Notes under the pieces: model-generated
What the model was told of the DNA's origin: nothing
The model's database searches: none
What the model saw: the letters and a program-made list of their open reading frames with translations, nothing else
Assembly: GCA_043732305.1 (NCBI GenBank)
Contig: JAYTHU010000051.1
Location: 1 to 39,253 of the forward strand
Origin: Oligoflexia bacterium
Lineage (GTDB): Bacteria; Bdellovibrionota; Bdellovibrionia; JABDDW01
DNA: 39,253 nucleotides
Direction: 5' to 3'
Part shown: piece by piece, positions 26,284 to 35,033 of the stretch
How positions within the stretch are numbered: position 1 is the stretch's first letter
How the letters are laid out: every line of letters starts with the position of its first letter
Translations under genes and position numbers: made by a program

Positions 26284-27395
26284 ATGCTATCCCAGCCCCA
26301 TATCCACATTTCAAAAGGAAAAATTTTATCTAAAATTTCGTTGGTTTCTTTTCCATGATCCACAAGTTTGCTAGGTTTCATCGGACCAAAAATAAGTTTG
26401 ACGATGTCACCTTCGTGATCCGTCTTAAATTGATTTTTACCGACGCCGTAATAATACCAACCTTCGCGGTATTCCAGATTGAAACTCTCAATACCCCATT
26501 CAAGTTTGGCATTTTTAATGATTTTATTGAATAAAGCTTCGCGATTCACAATTTTTATCATACCCAAGTAACCATCAACCCGTTTCACACCGAGACTTTC
26601 TAAGTGTCTGACTAAACCTTGCGCATGAGTGGGGCAAATCAATGTCACTGCTTTGTCATTTACCCCACGGATGTGAGAAAGCAGAGACGTCATTGCATCA
26701 ACACTTCCGCCCCATTCATGAATGTAGCCTTGAAGATCCGCGCCTTTCCCTTCAACAGCATAAGCTTCCAATTTACCAGTGGTGCTCCAAGCGGTGTAGA
26801 GACGTGAGTTTGGGATTTTCAAGAATTTATCGAAATCATCCAATGATCTAACCGATGTGACGCTGTGCTGAGAATAAACTCGGTAAAGAGCTGCTGGATC
26901 AACCTTATTGTCCTGAATAATTCTTAATGAAGGATGTTCTGCATTAATTTTAGGAACCAGCAGTGGTCGATCAATGAGAAAACTTACCTCAGTGCCGGCA
27001 AGTTCAAATCCCATCTTGCGATAGAAATCAAAAAGGTTCGTCCATAAAATAGCAAAATCACAGTTCTGATTTTTAATTTCTTCTAGACAATCTTTAATCA
27101 CATTTTGACTTAGACCTTGATTGCGATGTTTTTCATTTGTAACAACACTGCCCAGGCATCCAACTTTAAATATACCGCGGCGGGTTTTGACAATGATGGG
27201 TTTGATAACCGCGTGACTTAGAATCTCCGAAGACTCCTTGTCTTTGATGATGCGAAAATTATGAAGATTTGCTAGGTTGAATACCGTGGGATATTCTTCT
27301 GTCACTGACCACTCCGTATTTTCACGCAAGTTCTCATTTAAAAACTTAACAATGTCTGTGTATTCATTTGTTGTCGGGGCTCGAGGTCCTTCCAT
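26280..27395 (-). CDS. GNAT-family N-acetyltransferase (Eis-like architecture)
   Basis: GSVVTNEKHRNQGLS acetyl-CoA motif A, FYRKMGFE; second degenerate GNAT-like domain. Confidence 0.88.
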   Translation of the reverse strand: MEGPRAPTTNEYTDIVKFLNENLRENTEWSVTEEYPTVFNLANLHNFRIIKDKESSEILSHAVIKPIIVKTRRGIFKVGCLGSVVTNEKHRNQGLSQNVIKDCLEEIKNQNCDFAILWTNLFDFYRKMGFELAGTEVSFLIDRPLLVPKINAEHPSLRIIQDNKVDPAALYRVYSQHSVTSVRSLDDFDKFLKIPNSRLYTAWSTTGKLEAYAVEGKGADLQGYIHEWGGSVDAMTSLLSHIRGVNDKAVTLICPTHAQGLVRHLESLGVKRVDGYLGMIKIVNREALFNKIIKNAKLEWGIESFNLEYREGWYYYGVGKNQFKTDHEGDIVKLIFGPMKPSKLVDHGKETNEILDKIFPFEMWIWGWDSI

Positions 27396-27473
27396 AGAAA
27401 CTCATCCTTTTCCGGCATTTCACCTACCTTTAATAGTAGTCGAAATATGTATTTTTCAATACTCGGCCAAGGT

Positions 27474-29279
27474 CTAGTTCGCTCTGTCCAGACCCGCGTC
27501 ATTTTTTATGGAATTAAGTAAGGTGCGACAGCCATTTTGTGGGCGGTCGACAAGACTATCGATTAACTTTTGAGCCTCAGCGTTGTTTTGAGTGTAAGTT
27601 TGATCGGGATCTCGCATGTGTTTTATGAGTGGTGAGAGATCGGGAAAAGTGCTCTCGATTCTACTGGGACGATTGATGTATTTCGCACGTTCGATCATTT
27701 CATTAAATGCTTCTTGGGGAAGCTGAAGATGGTTCACCATTTCAGTCAATTGGTAGAGATAGATTCGCATAGCCAGATTGAGCTTGGGTTCTTTCAAGTA
27801 TCTATTGGCAAACGCCGAGCGGCGTCTAAAATCTTTCCGTTTATTGGCATTCCAGTTCTGAGAGGGTGTGAGAACCGAGATCCAAGCGTTCATTCTCTTT
27901 TCAGGATCCATAAATGAGACGCGAATAGATTCTCGAAATACCTTTCTCATGTCAAAAGCAGAGGGCTTGATTTCGCCACCATAAAATTTCACCGTCCTCT
28001 CCGCGCTTGTCTGTAGACTATTGGCGGCGATGTAAAACAGGCGTTTGTCTTTGGCGGACAGTGATTTTATTTGGATTGAGGTCAGTCCGAGTCGCTCTAA
28101 CCAGAGCTCCGTGAGTACCTTTTTAAACTGGAGATCAAATTCAGAGTAAAGCCAATTCAAATTTAACGGTGTGACACCGGGATAGGAAGGCAATTCCATA
28201 AAATGGGTAACCAGACCCATGTAATTTGAGATAACCATTGACTGATCTTTCACAAACAGTTGGCCATTCATGTAGGCCATCTCGCCGTGATGAGCGTCCA
28301 TCGCCATGAAAGTCCCGTAGTCGATCGGCATTCCGGCAGTGGTTTGATTTCCAGCTGTTGGCGATCCATGAACAAATGCAAGATCAACAAAGTAGGCGGC
28401 TTGAGTCGCTAGAGCTTTGTTGAGATCCACCAAATATTTTTCAACGTGGCTTGTGTCAACTGCCGTGGTGAGTGGAAGTCCCAGATTGCGTTTGACGGCG
28501 TAATTGAAAAAAATTTTAAAATTTTCGGGCGATTGATGATGGAACTCGAATTGTGAGATTCGAGTTTGGTTTCCTACTCTCACTGTAAGGGAGGCATTTT
28601 CCAATTTCTCACTAAAAGGATCAACCTTCTTGAGAGGCAATTCAAAAACGGCGAGATCAACCACCGCGTTGACTCCATTACCATCAACGGCTTGGCTCGC
28701 GATAAAACTTCTGGCTCCTTCGGACATTGTTTGGAGACCATCACTGTATTGAAGATTGGTTATATTTCCTTTTGCGTCTTTCTCAAAGGGCTTTGCGAGC
28801 GGAGTGCGACCAACACCCTTTAGGGAAACATCAAGATAAATGGTTTGTCCATTCGCTAACGGCAGAATGATTTCGCCACTCCATGTGACTCGACCGTCCC
28901 CCAGGGAACCTGTATTTTCAGTCGCGCCGTCCGGTCTAAATTCTGTCGAATAAGTGGAGAAAAAAAATCGTTCGGCTTTTTCCTCTGTCGTGACCATCAT
29001 CGCGAAATTTCCGAGCAACAGTTTTTGCAGATGTGTTTCATCAAGAGCGGTGAGTCCCAATTTTTCTGCGAGTTTGTGATTAAATAAAACAAGTCTTGCG
29101 CCCTCTATGTGCGCGACTGGAACGGGGACTGAAAAGATATCGCCGAGATCTCGAAATGAACTTTTGCCAGATGAAGCTTTCGCCCAGCCATTTGCATTTG
29201 AGATCGAGGATAATAAAAGAATGCTCGCCGCTAAGGCTGATGTTAGACATTTAAATAGACATAGACATATTTTTTTCAA
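27474..29279 (-). CDS. Divergent SelO/YdiU-family (protein adenylyltransferase-like) protein with N-terminal signal peptide
   Basis: ARLVLFNHKLA, LGDGR, LKGVGRTP, DG, VRV..TRI, FVHG....N, IDYGTF appear in SelO order; hydrophobic N-terminus ending SNA. Confidence 0.8.
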   Translation of the reverse strand: MKKICLCLFKCLTSALAASILLLSSISNANGWAKASSGKSSFRDLGDIFSVPVPVAHIEGARLVLFNHKLAEKLGLTALDETHLQKLLLGNFAMMVTTEEKAERFFFSTYSTEFRPDGATENTGSLGDGRVTWSGEIILPLANGQTIYLDVSLKGVGRTPLAKPFEKDAKGNITNLQYSDGLQTMSEGARSFIASQAVDGNGVNAVVDLAVFELPLKKVDPFSEKLENASLTVRVGNQTRISQFEFHHQSPENFKIFFNYAVKRNLGLPLTTAVDTSHVEKYLVDLNKALATQAAYFVDLAFVHGSPTAGNQTTAGMPIDYGTFMAMDAHHGEMAYMNGQLFVKDQSMVISNYMGLVTHFMELPSYPGVTPLNLNWLYSEFDLQFKKVLTELWLERLGLTSIQIKSLSAKDKRLFYIAANSLQTSAERTVKFYGGEIKPSAFDMRKVFRESIRVSFMDPEKRMNAWISVLTPSQNWNANKRKDFRRRSAFANRYLKEPKLNLAMRIYLYQLTEMVNHLQLPQEAFNEMIERAKYINRPSRIESTFPDLSPLIKHMRDPDQTYTQNNAEAQKLIDSLVDRPQNGCRTLLNSIKNDAGLDRAN

Positions 29280-29344
29280 AATAATTTACCTCGAACAAAG
29301 TCTGGTTCGATTTAAGTTTCACAATTGAAATTTCCGTCAGCTAT

Positions 29345-29361
29345 TGCAGGTTCGATGCCAG
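29345..29361 (-). promoter_or_regulatory. Sigma54 (-24/-12) promoter candidate for the SelO-like gene
   Basis: Minus strand CTGGCATCGAACCTGCA = GG-N10-GC, about 65 nt upstream of the start codon. Confidence 0.6.
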
Positions 29362-29446
29362 CACTTCTGTCACAAACTAAAGGCTGGGAAAATCGACAGA
29401 GACAAAAGTCCTGTAAAAAAAATATTCATTTTTATTCGAATAACAC

Positions 29447-29473
29447 TTAAGAAAATAACGGCAGCTCCGAATA
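29447..29473 (+). promoter_or_regulatory. Sigma28 (FliA) promoter candidate for the first flagellin
   Basis: TTAAG-N14-TCCGAATA upstream of the flagellin leader. Confidence 0.55.
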
Positions 29474-29480
29474 AGTAAGT

Positions 29481-29567
29481 GTCAGGAATGGTTCCTGGCA
29501 AAGGTCCCTGGGGGCATGAAGCCTCGCAGTTCTCAAGATGAGAACTGAGACATTCAAGGAGGATGAT
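29481..29567 (+). promoter_or_regulatory. Structured 5' UTR with four hairpins (CsrA-like sites)
   Basis: Hairpins at 29481-29499, 29511-29525 (loop ATGAA), 29527-29547 (loop AAGAT) and 29551-29565 (loop AAGGA, the SD). Confidence 0.6.
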
Positions 29568-30413
29568 ATGGGCTTAAGAATTAACACAAACGTGGCGTCA
29601 ATCAATGCGCAACGTAACTTGATGGGCACAAAACTCGCTCATGATAAAAGCTTGGAGCGTTTGTCTTCAGGTTTCAGAATCAATCGCGCCGGCGATGATG
29701 CTGCAGGTTTAGCAATCAGCGAAAGCTTGAGAGCTCAGATCCGCGGTCTCAAACAAGCTTCTCGAAATGCGCAGGACGGTATCAGTCTGGTGCAAGTCGC
29801 AGAAGGTGGACTCAACGAAATTTCCTCAATCATGATCAGATTGCGCGAGCTTGGAGTGCAAGCAGCTTCTGATACGATCGGGCACACCGAACGTCAATTC
29901 CTAAACGTTGAGTATGAGCAGATGCTCCAAGAAATTCAACGTATCGCAGACGGTACAGAGTTTAACTCTACTCCGCTGTTGAACGGAACTGGCGCCGTCT
30001 TTGATATCCAAGTGGGTATCAGAAATAATCCAAACATTGACAGAATAATGTTCGACGCATCCAAAGCCGATTCTTCGACTGCAGCTTTAGGAGTCAATTT
30101 GACTTCTGTTGCAGACAAAGCATCAGCTCAGAATTCACTCTCAGCAATCGACAACGCCATTATCAGCGTTTCGGCAATGAGAGCGGATTTTGGTGCACTC
30201 CAAAATAGACTCCAATCAACTGTTAACAATTTAGCTGTCAGCAACGAAAACATGTCTGCTGCGAATAGCCGAATCAGAGACGTTGATGTGGCCGAAGAAA
30301 CTTCGGAACTCACAAGAAATAATATCTTGTTGCAAGCTGGTGCCTCGGTGCTCGCTCAAGCGAATCAGTCTACAGGAGTGGCATTAACACTACTCAAACA
30401 ATCCATGGGTTGA
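29568..30413 (+). CDS. fliC: Flagellin (short, ~281 aa)
   Basis: LRINTN, RLSSGFRINRAGDDAAGLAISE, GALQNRL, SRIRDVD; AAGGAGG RBS before ATG 29568. Confidence 0.98.
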   Translation: MGLRINTNVASINAQRNLMGTKLAHDKSLERLSSGFRINRAGDDAAGLAISESLRAQIRGLKQASRNAQDGISLVQVAEGGLNEISSIMIRLRELGVQAASDTIGHTERQFLNVEYEQMLQEIQRIADGTEFNSTPLLNGTGAVFDIQVGIRNNPNIDRIMFDASKADSSTAALGVNLTSVADKASAQNSLSAIDNAIISVSAMRADFGALQNRLQSTVNNLAVSNENMSAANSRIRDVDVAEETSELTRNNILLQAGASVLAQANQSTGVALTLLKQSMG

Positions 30414-30527
30414 TTCCTGGCGGAACGAACCTTTGGCTGAATACACCCGAACTCTAGTTAAGTAGTTATTAGCAAATTTGAATTAACGAATCGTGGTCGC
30501 ACGATATTTGACACCTGTTTCCTGCGC

Positions 30528-30557
30528 GCTCCGGAGGCTTGACCTCCGGAGCATTTT
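30528..30557 (+). terminator. Intrinsic terminator after the first flagellin
   Basis: GCTCCGGAGG-CTTGA-CCTCCGGAGC (10 bp perfect) followed by ATTTT. Confidence 0.75.
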
Positions 30558-30609
30558 CTCTGTAGTTCCAAACAATAAATCCAAAAATTAAAAAAATTAA
30601 AATCTAGAC

Positions 30610-30637
30610 TCAAGTAAATAATATTTATTTCCGATTA
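30610..30637 (+). promoter_or_regulatory. Sigma28 (FliA) promoter candidate for the second flagellin
   Basis: TCAAG-N15-TCCGATTA. Confidence 0.7.
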
Positions 30638-30647
30638 TATTATGGGA

Positions 30648-30778
30648 TGCTTTAGGAGCAAAGCACTTCCTACAACTTTCATATGCTCTAGCGAATTTAA
30701 CCCATAGGCAAGATGCCTGTGATGGCCAATTGGATGGCCGCGAAACATGGAGGTTTCTGAGTATGCAAGGAGGATAGT
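30648..30778 (+). promoter_or_regulatory. Structured 5' UTR with four hairpins plus SD (CsrA-like sites)
   Basis: Hairpins at 30648-30665 (loop AGGAGC), 30703-30721 (AAGAT), 30724-30739 (ATTGGA) and 30742-30757 (ATGGAG); SD CAAGGAGG at 30766-30773. Confidence 0.65.
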
Positions 30779-31612
30779 ATGGGTCTTAGAATATCGACTA
30801 ACGTGGCATCTATCAATGCGCAGAGAAATTTATCAGAATCACAGCGTGTGCTACACAACTCAATGGCAAGGTTATCATCAGGCAGCAGAATAAATAAAGC
30901 GGCCGATGATGCCGCAGGATTAGCGATCTCGGAAAATCTCAAAGCTCAAATTAGAGGTATGAGAATGGCATCTCGAAATGCCAGCGACGGGATCAGCATG
31001 GTTCAAACCGCGGAAGGCGGCCTTCAGGAAGTCAGTAATATCCTGATCCGTTTTCGAGAGTTGGGTGTGCAAGCAGCCTCTGACACAATTGGTGATAGAG
31101 AACGTGGATTTTTGGATGTGGAATATCAGCAGTTGAAGCAAGAGCTTCAGCGAATTACGGAAGTGACCCGGTTTAATGGTCGCGATCTTTTGAATGGAAC
31201 GGGCGGAGTGCTAGCCATTCAAGTTGGAGTTCATAACGATGACTTCAAGGATCGAATCACCTTTAATGCCTCGGCCGCTGACAGCACGCTGGAAGCTTTA
31301 GGTCTGGTTCCTCACAACATCGCCACAAAAGAAGGTGCGCAAGTTTCCCTTGCCGCCGCTGATGAAGCGATCACGAGTGTGAACGGGATCCGAGCAAACT
31401 TCGGAGCCTTACAGAATAGACTTCAGTCCACGGTACAAAATTTGGGAGTGAGCGATGAAAATATGTCTGCGGCCAACAGCCGAATTAGAGATACGGACAT
31501 CGCGGCAGAAACTTCGGAAATGACTCGCAATAATATTTTATTGCAAGCCGGAGTCTCGGTCCTCTCTCAAGCAAACGCTTCTCAGCAGATAGCACTTAAA
31601 CTCTTAACATAA
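30779..31612 (+). CDS. fliC: Flagellin paralogue (277 aa)
   Basis: Same conserved N- and C-terminal flagellin motifs as the first copy. Confidence 0.98.
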   Translation: MGLRISTNVASINAQRNLSESQRVLHNSMARLSSGSRINKAADDAAGLAISENLKAQIRGMRMASRNASDGISMVQTAEGGLQEVSNILIRFRELGVQAASDTIGDRERGFLDVEYQQLKQELQRITEVTRFNGRDLLNGTGGVLAIQVGVHNDDFKDRITFNASAADSTLEALGLVPHNIATKEGAQVSLAAADEAITSVNGIRANFGALQNRLQSTVQNLGVSDENMSAANSRIRDTDIAAETSEMTRNNILLQAGVSVLSQANASQQIALKLLT

Positions 31613-31621
31613 GGAGATGTT

Positions 31622-31720
31622 ATGACTAATTCAATGACATGGATTGTGACTGCCGCGGCCGCACTGGCCGTAGCAAGCTTCGCCTCAGTGAGTTCTCTCA
31701 CTAACGGGTGGATGAATTAG
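31622..31720 (+). CDS. 32-aa hydrophobic small protein (MTNSMTWIVTAAAALAVASFASVSSLTNGWMN)
   Basis: Not in the ORF track; the flagellin stop codon is part of a TAAGGAG RBS; lies before the terminator; single TM-like stretch. Confidence 0.6.
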   Translation: MTNSMTWIVTAAAALAVASFASVSSLTNGWMN

Positions 31721-31776
31721 GTACGCCGTACCTAATCCGCAAACGTAGTAGTTTTGACAAGATTTAGTGAACAAAG

Positions 31777-31813
31777 AAAAGCCGTGCTCCTCACAAAAGG
31801 GGTACGGCTTTTT
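31777..31813. terminator. Bidirectional intrinsic terminator between the flagellin unit and prfC
   Basis: AAAAGCCGTGCTCCT-CACAAA-AGGGGTACGGCTTTTT. Confidence 0.8.
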
Positions 31814-31814
31814 A

Positions 31815-33383
31815 TTAGATTACTTTTGTCTTTGAGAACGTGAGATTGGGGAAGTTTTTGGCAACGTAATCGAGAGCCCATTCGTTTTCAAATAAGATGA
31901 CGGAATTGCCGTCACGATCTTCGATGAGCATGTTGTCTTTACGGTCGGCAACCTTTTGAATGTCGGCCTCTGGACCTTCTACCCATCGCAGATAATTATA
32001 CGAAAGTCGTTCGACGCGAATTTCCACGCCGTATTCTGATTTTAAACGATATTGAAAAATTTCAAATTGCAAAACACCAACCACGCCTAAGATGGGAGCT
32101 TGATCGCCAAGGAATTTCTGACGGAACACTTGAGCGACACCTTCTTCGCGCAATTGATTCAGTCCTTTTTGGAATTGCTTTCGTTTCAGTGGATCTTTGC
32201 TCGATACGTTTGCAAAAAATTCGGGAGAAAATTGTGGAATGCCTTCATAAGCCATCGGTTCTCCGTCGGACAAAGTGTCGCCAATTCGCAATTCACCACT
32301 CGTGTCGATCAAGCCGACGATGTCGCCAGGAAAAGCTTCTTCGATGATTTCTCGCTCTTGCGCGAACAAATGGAAGGGCTTATTTAATTTAAATTCCTTT
32401 TTCAATCGAGCGTGGCGCACGGCCATGCCCCGAGTAAATTTTCCGGAACAGACGCGCAAAAAAGCCACGCGGTCACGATGATCAGGATTCATGTTCGCTT
32501 GAACTTTAAAAATAAAACCCGAAAAGCGATCATCAGTTGCGTTGACAATCCCCGTGGTGCTCTCGCGTGCAGATGGAGCAGGCGCAAGTTCAATAAATTT
32601 ATTTAAGAAATACTCGACGCCAAAATTATTCATCGCGCTGCCGAAAAATATGGGGCTAAGTTGACCATTTAATATTTTTTGTTGATCGAAGGGGTCGCCA
32701 GCCAATTCCAAAATTTCAAGTGCGTCCATAAATTCAGGAGATTCCATCGCGGAAACGCGATTGGAGGTGAGTTTATTTTTAGCATTCGCTTCATCACTTT
32801 TGTGAAAAACTAAAACTTCTTTTGTTTGACGATCAAACACGCCTTTAAAATCTGGTCCCATACCAATGGGCCAAGTGGCGGGCCATGATCGAATGCCCAA
32901 AACATTTTCTAATTCGTCTATTAGATCGAGGGGGTCGCGACCGTTGCGATCCATTTTATTGATGAAAGTAAAAATGGGAATTCCGCGCATGCGACAAACT
33001 TCAAACAACTTTCGCGTCTGCGGCTCAACACCTTTGGCCGCATCAATCAACATGACCGCGGAATCGGCGGCAGTCAGTGTGCGATAAGTATCTTCCGAGA
33101 AATCTTTGTGACCGGGCGTATCTAGCAGATTGATTCGATACCCATCATATTCAAACTGCAAAGCGGATGTAGAAATCGAAATTCCGCGCTGCTTTTCGAT
33201 TTCCATCCAGTCAGAGGTTGTGTGCTTTTGATTGGTCTTAGCTTTGACCGCACCCGCTTGGCGAATAGCGCCACCATAGAGTAATAGTTTTTCGGTGAGG
33301 GTGGTTTTACCCGCATCAGGATGGGAAATAATGGCGAAAGTTCGCCGGCGAGAGATCTCGCGAATTTGATCGGGGTTTGACAT
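31815..33383 (-). CDS. prfC: Peptide chain release factor 3
   Basis: RRRTFAIISHPDAGKTTLTEKLLL, DTPGHKDFSEDTYR, NKMDR, HRDRVAF. Confidence 0.98.
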   Translation of the reverse strand: MSNPDQIREISRRRTFAIISHPDAGKTTLTEKLLLYGGAIRQAGAVKAKTNQKHTTSDWMEIEKQRGISISTSALQFEYDGYRINLLDTPGHKDFSEDTYRTLTAADSAVMLIDAAKGVEPQTRKLFEVCRMRGIPIFTFINKMDRNGRDPLDLIDELENVLGIRSWPATWPIGMGPDFKGVFDRQTKEVLVFHKSDEANAKNKLTSNRVSAMESPEFMDALEILELAGDPFDQQKILNGQLSPIFFGSAMNNFGVEYFLNKFIELAPAPSARESTTGIVNATDDRFSGFIFKVQANMNPDHRDRVAFLRVCSGKFTRGMAVRHARLKKEFKLNKPFHLFAQEREIIEEAFPGDIVGLIDTSGELRIGDTLSDGEPMAYEGIPQFSPEFFANVSSKDPLKRKQFQKGLNQLREEGVAQVFRQKFLGDQAPILGVVGVLQFEIFQYRLKSEYGVEIRVERLSYNYLRWVEGPEADIQKVADRKDNMLIEDRDGNSVILFENEWALDYVAKNFPNLTFSKTKVI

Positions 33384-33392
33384 TCGTTTCTT

Positions 33393-35033
33393 TTACTTCT
33401 TTTTCTGAAAAAGGAAAACTGAAATCCAAAAAGCGAGAAAATAGCAGGATAAAGTAAGCACAGGTAGCCCGTGGAGCTGAGGGCCCTTATTGAAGGACAG
33501 GTCGAAAGTTCCAGCAATAATGAGCGCCGCTGCCAAAATGCCACGAGCAAGCACAAAACCAGCATTTTCTAAAGCGACTTTGAGATCGCGAAGTTCGGAA
33601 ATATGAACATCAAGTGCGAAATCACGCGAGTTTAATTTCCGCATCATTTGTTTCAGTTGGCGAGGCAGAACCGAAATCAAACCTTTTGTGTCTCGACCAA
33701 AGCGATGCAATGATTTTAATAACTTCTGAGGGTCTAGTTGATCGGCGATCACTTCTTGAGAAAATTCCGTCATGTAGCTAAGAACATCGAAATCTTTGAG
33801 AATGGTTCTGCCCATTCCTTCGACTGTGACAATTGCTTTGAAAAACAACATCAGATCGGACGGCATGACAATGGAGTGCTTTGCAGCAATGGCGGTGGAA
33901 TCCATGAGAAGTTTCCCCATATTCACATTCTTAAAAGTCATTCCATAATAGGGTCCAAAGAGATCGCGAATTTCCCGCGTGAACTGATCAACCGAAACGG
34001 CGCCGTTGTAGGGAGCTAAATCCAAATATTCAAACGCAAACGTTTCATAGTCTTCAGTCGCAATCGCCAGTAACATATTGGCGATTGCATCGCGAATTTT
34101 TGGAGCCAGACGTCCAACGACTCCAAAGTCCACTAGACCAATGCGATTGTCTGGCAGAATAAATAAATTGCCCGCGTGCAAATCGCCATGAAAAAGTCCA
34201 TGTTTGAAAACCATCAAGAAAAAAGCGCGCAGTCCACGTTCAACAATAAGAGTGCGATTCACACTCTCATCACCGGGTCGCAATTGGCTTAAAGGAATGC
34301 CATCGAGCCGTTCCATGACCAGCACTTGCCCCGTGCAGTAGTTGTCATACACTTTTGGAATTTTCACTGTCGGATCGTCAGCAAAATTCAACGCAATTCG
34401 TTTTATGTTATTTGCTTCGATTAAGAAATTCGTTTCGAGCTCAAGAGTTTTGAAAAATTCATCCACAACCGCGATCGGATTGTACGGTCGAGACTCTGCA
34501 ATGTAGCGTTCGATCAAAGAACTTATCGTGTAGAGAACACCGAGATCTTCACGAATTAATTTTGCAATGCCGGGGCGCTGAACTTTCACGACAACTTTTT
34601 CACCGGTGGGTAAAATCGCTCCGTGCACTTGGGCGATGCTTGCCGCCGCCAAAGGGGTTTCATCAAAGGACGCAAAAATATCTAGTAATGGGCGTCCCAG
34701 TTCTGATTCAACTACGGACTTAATTTCCGCAAAAGAAATAGGCGCGACTCGGTCATGGAATTTTTTAAATTCTTCTGCAAATTCAGGAGGAATTAAATTG
34801 GGGCGAGTGGAGAGGAGTTGTCCAAACTTTACAAAGGTTGGACCCAGTTCCTCAAAAGATATTCTAGCCCTCTCGGCCGCGCTTAGCTTTTCGAGCTCGT
34901 CGGTTCTTGCTATTTTTCTTAGGATGAACTGCCCCAGCGTTGCCCTTTCCAGGACGTTGCGGAACCCGTGTTTCGCGAACACGCTCACTATTTGTCGCAG
35001 TCTTCCCGCGTTTCTCAGAATCTGTGCTGGCAT
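33393..35033 (-). CDS. ABC1/AarF/UbiB-family atypical kinase
   Basis: LGPTFVKFGQLLSTR, AAASIAQVH, VVKVQRP, FHGDLHAGN, VDFG; C-terminal TM helices. Confidence 0.95.
   Translation of the reverse strand: MPAQILRNAGRLRQIVSVFAKHGFRNVLERATLGQFILRKIARTDELEKLSAAERARISFEELGPTFVKFGQLLSTRPNLIPPEFAEEFKKFHDRVAPISFAEIKSVVESELGRPLLDIFASFDETPLAAASIAQVHGAILPTGEKVVVKVQRPGIAKLIREDLGVLYTISSLIERYIAESRPYNPIAVVDEFFKTLELETNFLIEANNIKRIALNFADDPTVKIPKVYDNYCTGQVLVMERLDGIPLSQLRPGDESVNRTLIVERGLRAFFLMVFKHGLFHGDLHAGNLFILPDNRIGLVDFGVVGRLAPKIRDAIANMLLAIATEDYETFAFEYLDLAPYNGAVSVDQFTREIRDLFGPYYGMTFKNVNMGKLLMDSTAIAAKHSIVMPSDLMLFFKAIVTVEGMGRTILKDFDVLSYMTEFSQEVIADQLDPQKLLKSLHRFGRDTKGLISVLPRQLKQMMRKLNSRDFALDVHISELRDLKVALENAGFVLARGILAAALIIAGTFDLSFNKGPQLHGLPVLTLSCYFLAFWISVFLFQKKK

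Noticed and set aside
29568..31612. Tandem flagellins as a recent duplication or phase-variation cassette
   Set aside because: The copies are clearly diverged, each has its own promoter and terminator, and no invertase or flanking inverted repeats are seen; multiple flagellins are normal in this group.
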